34,208 bases of DNA, taken from Macrostomum lignano (Eukaryota). The stretch is from contig NIVC01004821.1 in the NCBI GenBank assembly GCA_002269645.1, positions 1-34,208 of the forward strand, written 5' to 3'. A program made the translations under genes and the position numbers. Below the pieces are notes generated by a model. It worked only from the letters and a program-made list of their open reading frames with translations, was not told the DNA's origin and searched no databases. This document shows positions 21,336-31,554 of the stretch, one piece after another (position 1 is the stretch's first letter; each line of letters begins with the position of its first letter).

Positions 21336-21814
21336 CCTGTTGCTGGCGCCCCTGGTGCTAAAGCCCCTGGTGCTGGCGCCCCTGGTGCTGGCGCCCCTAG
21401 TGCTGGCGCCCCTGTTGCTGGCGCCCCTGTTGCTGGCGCCCCTGTTGCTGGCGCCCCTGTTGCTGGCGCCCCTGGTGCTAAAGGCCCTGGTGCTGGCGCC
21501 CCTGGTGCTAAAGCCCCTGTTGCTGGCGCCCCTGTTGCTGGCGCCCCTGTTGCTGGCGCCCCTGGTGCTAAAGGCCCTGGTGCTGGCGCCCCTGGTGCTA
21601 AAGCCCCTGTTGCTGGCGCCCCTGGTGCTGGCGCCCCTGGTGCTGGCGCCCCTGGTGCTGGCGCCCCTGGTGCTGGCGCCCCTGGTGCTGGCGCCCCTAG
21701 TGCTGGCGCCCCTGGTGCTAAAGCCCCTGTTGCTAAAGCCCCTGGTGCTAAAGCCCCTGGTGCTAAAGCCCCTGGTGCTAAAGCCCCTGGTGCTGGCGCC
21801 CCTGGTGCTGGCGC
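21336..21814. repeat. 15-bp GC-rich minisatellite (GCTGGCGCCCCTGGT), ~32 copies
   Basis: Direct reading; gives the (LAPLV)n and (PGAPA)n ORFs. Confidence 0.97.
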
Positions 21815-21931
21815 AGCATTCAAATGAAAGAAAAAATCATGATTAAACCCCTGCTAGGAGTACCAGCACTGTAAATTTCACCCCGTTTAATCGGATCACC
21901 CGCTGAATCGGGTTCATTTATTCTCAGAAAG

Positions 21932-22098
21932 TTAGGCCGCCTTGTCCACTGCGGCAGTAGCTTCCACCAGCTCCCTGCTGTCAGCTCGGCCAGCAGCGTG
22001 GCATTTAGCGGATCGGATGTTGAACCCTATCGCGATTAGGCCAACGAGTAGTTCTACGAATTCCAGCATGGTTAGGACGGAGGCTCCGACCCAGAGAC
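21932..22098 (-). CDS. DEG/ENaC exon 3 (TM2 with GAS selectivity filter, short C-tail)
   Basis: Acceptor CTCGCCAG|GT completes Gly, giving GLWVGASVLTMLEFVELLV...DKAA*. AATAAA 10 nt past the stop (21922-21917). Not in the ORF track. Confidence 0.93.
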
Positions 22099-22284
22099 CT
22101 GGCGAGGCAGAATTAGTTATTCAACCAAGTGTAGTTGATGCTAAATTAGTTACCAGACTGTCCCCTGAACGGGCACGAAAGGTATGCACAGCAACCTTGA
22201 CGTTCTCTGTCATGCACTGCCTTGGATAATCGCACGACAAGCATCGGGCCAATTTTGTGTTTCGATTGTGTTCTTTGACCACAG

Positions 22285-22772
22285 CCAACACTGTACATAT
22301 CCCAAACTAACTGTACATATCCCCAACCAACTGTACATATCCCCGACCAACTGTGCATAACCCCAACCCACTGTACATATCCCCAACCAACTGTACATGT
22401 CCCCAACCAACTGTACATATCCCCAACCAACTGTACATATCCCCGACCAACTGTGCATAACCCCAACCCACTGTACATATCCTCAACCAACTGTACATGT
22501 CCCCAACCAACTGTACATATCCCCAACCAACTGTACATATCCTCAACCAACTGTACATGTCCCCAACCAACTGTACATATCCCCAACCAACTGTACATAT
22601 CCTCAACCAACTGTACATGTCCCCAACCAACTGTACATATCCCCAACCAACTGTACATATCCTCAACCAATTGTACATATCCCCAACCAACTGTACATAT
22701 CCTCAACCAACTGTACATGTCCCCAACCAACTGTACATATCCTCAACCAACTGTACATATCCCCAACCAACT
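22285..22772. repeat. 20-bp minisatellite (CCCCAACCAACTGTACATAT) in ENaC intron 2
   Basis: Direct reading, ~24 copies. Confidence 0.97.
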
Positions 22773-22792
22773 TCCCGGCCTGGTCAGCTCAC

Positions 22793-23693
22793 CAATCACT
22801 CCGCCAGCCTCAGACAGGAAGCTCTCAATGGGATATTGCCAGTCCTCCTCGAACAGGGTAACCCTAGAGGACAGGAAGTAGATGTTGGCTTGAACCACGT
22901 GGTCGCTGGCCGATATACCGCTGAGCATCTTGCCGCCTGCTGAGCTGACGTTGATCAGCGCTGGAATGAAGGACCGGTCGGGCGCCCTCTGCCAGGTCTG
23001 CAGCAGCAGTCGCTCAACGTCGCCGGTCCACTGACTGCCAGCAGTGCCGCCGCTGCCCGCAGAGGTTGTTGGCAGAGCCGTTGTGGCGGCGTGGGCCACA
23101 ATGCCCTCCTCTTTGCAGGCCTTCTGACAGGCGGACACCAGCCGTCCGTAGACTGTCAGATCGTCGTTAAATCGTAGCTGATTGTCGACGCAAGCTTTGT
23201 CCAGCATCATCCGGTCGAAGGAGTTGATCCGCGGCGGCGCCCCGGCCAGTCGGGTGAAATTCAACCGGCTGCAGCGTCTGTCCCGCTGCAGCGGCAGCGG
23301 AATCGGCAGGTTGTCCGTGACGCAGCCGCAGGCGGTTTTGATCGCCGAGTTCAACGCCATGTCGACGCAGTTCACCGTGTCGTAGTCGTAGTTCTCGGAG
23401 GAGCCGTCAAAGTTGACAGCCTGATGGTGCTTGGTGCACGGGTCGTTGATGGTGGTCATCCGTTTGGTGCGCTCGACCATCAGGCCGATGTCCGTGCGGT
23501 GGCCAGCGGGCGCCGGCACTGGCGCCGCCCGAAAGAAGTTGGTGAACTTGTCGTAAGGGGTCAGCAGGAAGGCGTAGCCCCGAGTGTACCGTGTCGAGGT
23601 GCTGAAGTAGCTGTCCTTCAGGCCTTCGTAGGCCAGCGTGAGGGTCAGGCCGTTGTCGTAGCCGCCGTAGGCCTGCGGGCGGGTTCGCAAGGC
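22793..23693 (-). CDS. DEG/ENaC exon 2 (extracellular Cys-rich thumb to start of TM2)
   Basis: Acceptor TTCATAG|GCC; GYDNGLTLTL, CVDMALNSAIKTACGC, CQKACKE, NIYF, YPIESFLSEAGGVIG; phase-1 donor G|GTGAGC; length 901 = 3n+1. Confidence 0.93.
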
Positions 23694-23701
23694 CTATGAA
23701 G

Positions 23702-24190
23702 ATGGGGCGCCCTCTGTATCAAATTGAGGCGCTATCTACGAAATCATCATCTACGAAAATGAGACTTCATCTAATAAAATGAGGCGCCATCTAAAAAAAT
23801 ATGACTTCATCTAGTAAAGTGAGGCGCCATGTAGTAAAATCAGGCGCCATCTACGAAAATGAGGCGTCATCTAGTAAAATGAGGAATCCATCTACGAAAA
23901 TGAAGCGCCATCTACGAAAATGAGGCGCCATCCAGTAAAATGAGTTGCCATCTACGAAAATGAGACACCATCTAGTAAAATGAGGCGCCATACGAAAATG
24001 AGGCGCCATCTAGTAAAATAAGGCGCCAGCTACGAAATTGAGGCGCTATCTATGAAAATGAGATGCCATCTACGAAAATGAGGCGCCATCTAATAAAATG
24101 AGGCGCCATCTAGTAAAATGAGTCACCGTCTATGAAAATAAGGCGCACTCTGTATGAAAATAGACATCATCGATGCAAATGACGCGCCAG
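23702..24190. repeat. 20-bp divergent minisatellite (CATCTACGAAAATGAGGCGC) in ENaC intron 1
   Basis: Direct reading; copies vary at several positions. Confidence 0.92.
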
Positions 24191-24643
24191 ACAAAAACTT
24201 CGTATGAAATGGCTCAGTCGAGACGCAAAGGAACTCTCAATATTCATAAATAATAATTATTACTATAAACTTATGCACTTAAAACAAACTTTGGTCCGGG
24301 CTCTGGACCAGCTGAAACCAACTGAACAAAAAAATTTGCTCAAATAGCTCCCTGCTCAACGATCAATATGGTACGATATAGCTAGCCTAGATCCTGAGCT
24401 ACACCTGTGTTTGCAGCAGGGGTTTTGAATACACAAACGGGCTGCAGTTGACTTTCGTCATGACTCTGCATTATCCCTATGGATTAATGAGAATTTCTGA
24501 CGATGAGCGCTTTTTCAATGTGTGGGAGATTTTCTGAGACAGGAAATCTTTTCTCGTTTAAATTTGACTATCGGTGTATTCGGAATGCTGATGCTATGGA
24601 ATGGCTATGGTAGGGAAAATGAGCTGTGGTGATGCTGAAAATG

Positions 24644-25310
24644 AGTCAGGGTTAGATGCATGAGTACTGAAAATGAGTCAGGGTAGATGATAACTGAAAA
24701 TGAGTCAGGGTAGATGATAACTGAAAATGAGTCAGCTAGGGTAGATGATAACTGAAAATGAGTCAGCTAGGGTAGATGATAACTGAAAATGAGTCAGGGT
24801 AGATGATAACTGAAAATGAGTCAGAGTAGATGATAACTGAAAATGAGTCAGGGTAGATGATAACTGAAAATGAGTCAGGGTAGATGATAACTGAAAATGA
24901 GTCAGGGTAGATGATAACTGAAAATGAGTCAGGGTAGATGATAACTGAAAATGAGTCAGGGTAGATGATAACTGAAAATGAGTCAGGGTAGATGATAACT
25001 GAAAATGAGTCAGGGTAGATGATAACTGAAAATGAGTCAGGGTAGATGATAACTGAAAATGAGTCAGAGTAGATGATAACTGAAAATGAGTCAGGGTAGA
25101 TGATAACTGAAAATGAGTCAGGGTAGATGATAACTGAAAATGAGTCAGGGTAGATGATAACTGAAAATGAGTCAGGGTAGATGATAACTGAAAATGAGTC
25201 AGGGTAGATGATAACTGAAAATGAGTCAGGGTAGATGATAACTGAAAATGAGTCAGAGTAGATGATACTAAAAATAAGTCACACCGATGATACTGAGAAT
25301 GAGTCATGGT
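24644..25310. repeat. 27-bp minisatellite (TCAGGGTAGATGATAACTGAAAATGAG) in ENaC intron 1
   Basis: Direct reading, ~24 copies; gives the (THFQLSSTL)n ORF. Confidence 0.97.
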
Positions 25311-25417
25311 AATGACAAATGAACCACTTTACGCCAAAAAGTGAGTCACAGTGACACCAAACATCAGTCAATCTACCAGCAGCCCCCTCTGACACCCTTG
25401 AGAACTGCTCAGCTCAC

Positions 25418-26028
25418 CCAGGCGCTGGATCCAGTCGGCTCGAACACAAAGCAGATGCCGTACCGATCCGAGGCCACCGCAGTGAAATTCGCCGCGCTGC
25501 ACGAGCGCCAGTTGAAGCTGCAGGTGAGCATCACCGAGTCCAGAGCGGTGGTCACATTGGCCAGCTCTGGCAGACGGCCCTCCAGGTAGGCGTCCAGCAG
25601 AGCCTTGTCCGCCACCGCCTCTCGACGATCTTCTTCGGCTACGCCAAAATACGGCGAGGTCAAGTTGAACAGCTGATTGTGCAGGTCGCGCACTACCCAG
25701 TTACCCGGCTGGGTCATCAGGTAGCTGGAAAAGTAGCTGGTGGGACAGATGGCCACTTTGGGAAAGTGCAGCGGCTCCAGCACGTTGTTGGTGATCACCC
25801 GCTTCTGGTAGGCGAAGTACTTGACTGAGATCAGGGCCAGGTGGTAGGACAGGCCGCAGATAGCTCCAGTGAGCAGCAGGGACCACAAAATGGTTTTGAT
25901 TCTGGACTCAGACTAGGCCACATTCTTGTATCCGTGACCGCTGGTTGACGTGGCGAACTGCAGCACCGAAGTTTGGCCCGTTTCACCTTCAACTCTGCGC
26001 TGGAGCTGTCCGGCCCGGCTTGCGACAT
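25418..26028 (-). CDS. DEG/ENaC exon 1 (N-terminus, HG motif, TM1, FPKVAIC)
   Basis: FATSTSGHG pre-TM1 motif, TM1 ILWSLLLTGAICGLSYHLALI, LHFPKVAICP, MLTCSFNWRSC, YGICFVF; phase-0 donor TGG|GTGAGC. Confidence 0.88.
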
Positions 26029-26222
26029 CGTGTGAGAGTCGCTATTTCTTTTGTTGAGTAGCTCAGCAGCTCACCGACTTGGGTGCTTGTGTGACTGATT
26101 AATTCTGGACGGGGTGGTAAAGTTTAAATTCTCTGGCCCTCACTTTGGTATCTCCTAAGGGCATTTCTCGATTGGTCAACCACCAAGGTGTGAATTATCA
26201 GGGACGAATCAAGTAGAAGGAC

Positions 26223-27540
26223 GGGGCTACAGCTACAAAACGGGCGCCAACTACAGAGGGGGCGCCAGCTACAGAGGGGGCGCCAGCTACAGAGGGGGCG
26301 CCAGCTACAGAGGGGGCGCCAGCTACAGAGGGGCACCAGCTACAGAGGGGCGCCAGCTACAGAGGGGCACCAGCTACAGAGGGGGCGCCAGCTACAGAGG
26401 AGACGCCAGCTACAGAGGGGGCGCCAGCTATTGAGAGGGTGCCAGCAACACAGGGGCGCCAGCTACTGAGAGGGCGCCAGCTACTGAGAGGACGCCAGCT
26501 ACAGAGGAGATGCCAGCTTCAGAGCGGGCGCCAGCTACAGAGAAGACGCCAGCTACAGAGGGGGCGCCAGCTACAGAGGGGGCGCCAGCTACAGAGGAGA
26601 CGCCAGCTACAGAGGGGGCGCCAGCTACAGAGGGGCGCCAGCTACAGAGGGGGCGCCAGCTACAGAGGGAGCGCCAGCTACAGAGGGAGCGCCAGCTACA
26701 GAGGGGCGCCATCTACAGAGGGGGCGCCAGCTACAGAGGGGGCCAGCTACAGAGGAGACGCCAGCTACAGAGGGGGCGCCAGCTACAGAGGGGGCGCCAG
26801 CTACAAAGGGGCGTCAGCTACTGAGAGGGCGCCAGCTACAGAGGGGGCGCCAGCTACAGAGGGGGCGCCAGCTACAGAGGGGGCGCCAGCTACAAAGGGG
26901 CGTCAGCTACAGAGGGGGCGCCAGCTACAGAGGGGGCGCCAGCTACAGAGGGGGCGCCAGCTACAGAGGGGCGTCAGCTACAGAGGGGGCGCCAGCTACA
27001 GAGGAGACGCCAGCTACAGAGGGGGCGCCAGCTACAGAGGGGGCGCCAGCTACAGAGGGGCGCCAGCTACAGAGGGGGCGCCAGCTACAGAGGGGCGTCA
27101 GCTACAGAGGAGACGCCAGCTACAGAGGGGGCGCCAGCTACAGAGGGGCGCCAGCTACAGAGGGGCGCCAGCTACAGAGGGGGCGCCAGCTACAAAGGGG
27201 CGTCAGCTACAGAGGGGGCGCCAGCTACAAAGGGGCGTCAGCTACAGAGGGGGCGCCAGCTACAGAGGGGCGCCAGCAACAGAGGGGCGCCAGCTAATGA
27301 GATGGCGCCAGCTACTGAGAGGGTCCCAGCTACAGAGGGGGCGCCAACTACAGAGGGGGCTCCAGCTACTGAGAGGGTGCCAGCAATAAAGGGGCGCCAG
27401 CTACTGAGAGGGTGCCAGCAACACAGGGCGCCAGCTACTGAGAGGGTCCCAGCTACAGAGGAGACGCCAGCTACTGAGAGGGCACCAGCTGCAGATGGGG
27501 GCGCTAACTACCAAGGGGGGTACTGAGGTGCAAGCTACAG
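26223..27540. repeat. 17/18-bp GC-rich minisatellite (GGGGGCGCCAGCTACAGA), ~70 copies
   Basis: Direct reading. Confidence 0.97.
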
Positions 27541-27639
27541 AAGTGCTACTACTACAAAAGTCACTCACATTAAATCTCATAGCTATTAATAAAACGAGAA
27601 AGGACGGAGTTCAGTCTCCAGTCCAGTTAGCCTAACTTG

Positions 27640-27770
27640 AAGCGTCCTTGGACAGGAGGAAAGAAGGAGAGGAGAGAAGGGAGAGGAAAGGAAAGAAAGG
27701 AGAGGAGAAAGGAGAGTAGGGAAGAGAGAGAAGAGAGAGGAGATGAGAGAGAAGAGAGCTGAGAAGAGAC
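27640..27770. repeat. Purine-rich (GA) low-complexity tract
   Basis: Direct reading. Confidence 0.9.
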
Positions 27771-28265
27771 ACAAACCCTGAGCGGGCCGGGTTGCTCTTG
27801 TAAAGTTTCAAAGAACCGCGGTCCGGATAGAGTGGCTTTACGAGCAGGAGTTTGCCGACGCCTGCCTCGGGCTCTCAGAGTCGAAAACCACAGCGGTCAC
27901 GCTCACCAACAAACTGCCCTGGACCATGAAGTGCCTCACCCATTATGCAAAGGACATTTCTATGATGAAACAGCTAGGTCCGTTGTCTGGGCCTCACTCT
28001 AGATCACAGGTTTAACTGGACCCCACACAACTAAGCCTCGGTATGGGCTAGCGGTCTGAACGTCAAGAGTAACCTCGATGCCCTCTATAGAGTTTATGGC
28101 AGAGCCTGCTGCTAAGAACATCCGGTGTCCCCTGGATCTTCCCGGCGTCTTTCAAGAAGCATTTGCGAACTGTGCCTCAAGACTCTCGAGGAGTATATCG
28201 GGCTCAAAATCCTCGCGGACTCGATCCCAGCCACCCTTCTCCTTAGCCAGAGGTACAAGTTCTAA
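27770..28265 (+). mobile_element. Decayed non-LTR retrotransposon RT fragment
   Basis: 27978-28028 reads VRCLGLTLDHRFNWTPH (compare the LINE RT motif VKYLGVTLDxxLxWxxH, and LKYLGVTIDGGLTFTEH in the I-group copy of this window). Upstream in another frame: QRTAVRIEW..LGLSESKTTAVTL. Multiple stops and frameshifts. Confidence 0.6.
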
Positions 28266-28289
28266 TTTAGGGCAATTTATTACAGCCTG

Positions 28290-29810
28290 TGTGACTCCAG
28301 CTAGCTTATTTCACAGTCTGTGTGAACCCAGGTAGCTTATTTCACAGTCTGTGTGACTCCAGGTAGCTTATTTCACAGTCTGTGTGACTCCAGGTAGCTT
28401 ATTTCACAGTCTGTGTGACTCCAGGTAGCTTATTTCACAAGTCTCTGTGAATCCAGGTAAGCTTACTTATTACAGACTGAGTGGATACAGGTAAGCCTAG
28501 ACAGACTGTGTGAACTCAGGTAAGCCTAGACAGACTGTGTGAACTCAGGTAAGCCTAGACAGACTGTGTGAACTCAGGTAAGCCTAGACAGACTGTGTGA
28601 ACTCAGGTAAGCCTAGACAGACTGTGTGAACTCAGGTAAGCCTAGACAGACTGTGTGAACTCAGGTAAGCCTAGACAGACTGTGTGAACTCAGGTAAGCC
28701 TAGACAGACTGTGTGAACTCAGGTAAGCCTAGACAGACTGTGTGAACTCAGGTAAGCCTAGACAGACTGTGTGAACTCAGGTAAGCCTAGACAGACTGTG
28801 TGAACTCAGGTAAGCCTAGACAGACTGTGTGAACTCAGGTAAGCCTAGACAGACTGTGTGAACTCAGGTAAGCCTAGACAGACTGTGTGAACTCAGGTAA
28901 GCCTAGACAGACTGTGTGAACTCAGGTAAGCCTAGACAGACTGTGTGAACTCAGGTAAGCCTAGACAGACTGTGTAAACTCAGGTAAGCCTAGACAGACT
29001 GTGTGAACTCAGGTAAGCCTAGACAGACTGTGTGAACTCAGGTAAGCCTAGACAGACTGTGTGAACTCAGGTAAGCCTAGACAGACTGTGTGAACTCAGG
29101 TAAGCTAGACAGACTGTGTGAACTCAGGTAAGCCTAGACAGACTGTGTGAACTCAGGTAAGCCTAGACAGACTGTGTGAACTCAGGTAAGCCTAGACAGA
29201 CTGTGTGAACTCAGGTAAGCCTAGACAGACTGTGTAAACTCAGGTAAGCCTAGACAGACTGTGTGAACTCAGGTAAGCCTAGACAGACTGTGTGAACTCA
29301 GGTAAGCCTAGACAGACTGTGTGAACTCAGGTAAGCCTAGACAGACTGTGTGAACTCAGGTAAGCCTAGACAGACTGTGTGAACTCAGGTAAGCCTAGAC
29401 AGACTGTGTGAACTCAGGTAAGCCTAGACAGACTGTGTGAACTCAGGTAAGCCTAGACAGACTGTGTAAACTCAGGTAAGCCTAGACAGACTGTGTGAAC
29501 TCAGGTAAGCCTAGACAGACTGTGTGAACTCAGGTAAGCCTAGACAGACTGTGTGAACTCAGGTAAGCCTAGACAGACTGTGTGAACTCAGGTAAGCCTA
29601 GACAGACTGTGTGAACTCAGGTAAGCCTAGACAGACTGTGTGAACTCAGGTAAGCTAGACAGACTGTGTGAACTCAGGTAAGCCTAGACAGACTGTGTGA
29701 ACTCAGGTAAGCCTAGACAGACTGTGTGAACTCAGGTAAGCCTAGACAGACTGTGTGAACTCAGGTAAGCCTAGACAGACTGTGTGAACTCAGGTAAGCT
29801 ATATTCTGCA
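28290..29810. repeat. 29-bp minisatellite (GTAAGCCTAGACAGACTGTGTGAACTCAG), ~45 copies, preceded by ~5 related 31-bp units
   Basis: Direct reading. Confidence 0.98.
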
Positions 29811-30467
29811 CATTAAAAACTTGTTTGTAGCCTCCATCAGCTTGTGATAAAAAGAGCTCTATAAAATATCGAACACAGACTCTTGAAAGCATACAAACGC
29901 ACCGGCTGTAATGTTTATGTTAGAAACATTGACTAACTGGAAGTGCTTGATGGCTAAGTAATGTTTAATCAAACACACACGGCCGGCAGAGGAGCCGTGG
30001 CGCCAGGGCCACTCAGTGTTTAGCAACCGCTTTTCTATTAATTAGTTTTCCCATTTCAGATGCTGAAAAAGTTCGCGTCAGTCAGTCTATAGAAAAAACA
30101 CAGTGCCATATTATTGGGAATTGGCAAACAGTTGATGGCGGCATCAGCTAAAAAGCAAGCAAAATAGGCTGGCATATAACTCCTCTAGCTAGTATAAGCC
30201 ACTCATAATTGATTGAAGAGGCCTTGCCAAACAATAATTTCTGCTTTATTACTCAATATTTTCCACCTCTCCATACGAAATGCCAATTCTATTGCTGTTA
30301 GTAGACTTTCAAGTGGTTTTGAGTGTAATTAAACTGTCAAATTCATACAGACTGAGTATTATTATTTCTAAACAGACTCAGTACTAAGCTCTATTCCCGA
30401 ATATTGATGTTTAGAATTTGTGTGACAGGGAATTAGTGCTAAACATTTGCACCAAAACTGATTGGTG

Positions 30468-30947
30468 AATTCTGAGATGCCAAGTGGGGAAATCTGAGAT
30501 GCCAAGTGGGGAATTCTGAAATGCCAAGTGGAGAATTCTGAGATGCCAAGTGGGGAATTCTGCGATGCCAAGTGGGAATTCTGAGATACCAAGTGGGGAA
30601 TTCTGAGATGCCAAGTGGGGAATTCTGAGATGCCAAGTGGGGAATTCTGAGATGCCAAGTGGGGAATTCTGAGATACCAAGTGGGGAATTCTGAGATGCC
30701 AAGTGGGGAATTCTGAGATGCCAAGTGGGGAATTCTGAGATGCCAAGTGGGGAATTCTGAGATACCAAGTGGGGAATTCTGAGATGCCAAGTGGGAATTC
30801 TGAGATGCCAAGTGGGGAATTCTGAGATGCCAAGTGGGGAATTCTGAGATACCAAGTGGGGAATTCTGAGATGCCAAGTGGGGAATTCTGAGATGCCAAG
30901 TGGGAATTCTGAGATGCCAAGTGGGGAATTCTGAGATGCCAAGTGGG
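30468..30947. repeat. 22-bp minisatellite (GCCAAGTGGGGAATTCTGAGAT), ~21 copies
   Basis: Direct reading; some 21-bp copies lack one G. Confidence 0.97.
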
Positions 30948-31430
30948 GCCTTCCGTTCGATCCGGGCCGTCGTCCAGTCCGAAGAGCGCCAGAGGCTCGG
31001 CTGTGGCAGGCGGTGGTCGAAACCGTCCTAATCTACAACGCCGAGACGTGGACGCTGACGGCTACGCTGGAGCGGCAGCTGGACTCGGCGCACTCAGGGC
31101 TGCTCCGTGCGGCCTTTCGAGCTGACGAGAGTGTCGGGACCGAGGCCTGCACGATCTGCAGCAGCGCCCGTCCATCATCCTGCGCCGGCGGCGACTTCAA
31201 CTGGCGGGCCACGTGATCCGGGCCGAGGGCTACTGCCCCAACCTGTTCAGGACGTCCTGCTGCTCACCCTGCAGGGCCCGCTCAGGCGGGGTCAGGCCCA
31301 AACCCATCGATACGTGGACTGCCTCCTACGCGACGCCGGGGCGCCTGACACCGCAAAGGCGCGGACTTCGTTCGCTCTCAGGTTCTGCGACGCGCCCTGC
31401 TCTGTGAATTTGCTTGCGGGGCTGCGTAAT
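30945..31430 (+). mobile_element. 5'-truncated RTE-like LINE 3' fragment, frameshifted
   Basis: RLWQAVVETVLIYNAETWTLTATLERQLDSAHSGLLRAAF and VLLLTLQGPLRRGQ..RYVDCLLRDAG resemble the post-RT region of RTE-clade ORFs (VLLYGxETWTL...RLLR; RRRGRP..TY.D.L..D). Confidence 0.8.
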
Positions 31431-31472
31431 TTGTTGTTTTTGTTGTTGTTGTTGTTGTTGTTTTTGTTGTCG

Positions 31473-31553
<81 letters not shown>
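31431..31553. repeat. (TTG)n/(CAA)n microsatellite, ~41 units, between two converging LINE 3' ends
   Basis: Direct reading. Confidence 0.98.

Positions 31554-31554
<1 letters not shown>

Larger units (their letters stand above)
21932..26028 (-). pseudogene. DEG/ENaC (ASIC/FaNaC superfamily) sodium channel gene, 3 exons, ~560 aa if repaired; disrupted in exon 1 (pseudogene or assembly error)
   Basis: Exons 26028-25418, 23693-22793 and 22098-21932 join in phase through GT-AG introns. In-frame TAG at 25915-25913 and a 1-nt frameshift between the ATG and the HG motif. Confidence 0.7.

Noticed and set aside
21268-21846. Collagen- or elastin-like (PGAPA)n and (LAPLV)n ORFs
   Set aside because: 15-bp satellite; no Gly-X-Y periodicity and no signal peptide.
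23702-24190. CRISPR-like appearance of this variable array and of the 22-, 29- and 35-bp arrays
   Set aside because: Units are head-to-tail with no unique spacers, there are no cas genes, and the context is eukaryotic.
24410-24540. Plus-strand open stretch containing NGLQLTF, resembling ENaC NGLTLTL
   Set aside because: Opposite strand to the gene, no other ENaC motif and no splice support.
24732-25307. (THFQLSSTL)n ORF
   Set aside because: 27-bp intronic satellite inside the ENaC gene.
26439-27526. RGG- or antifreeze-like repetitive ORFs
   Set aside because: 18-bp satellite with frequent 1-nt indels that switch frame, which is inconsistent with coding constraint.
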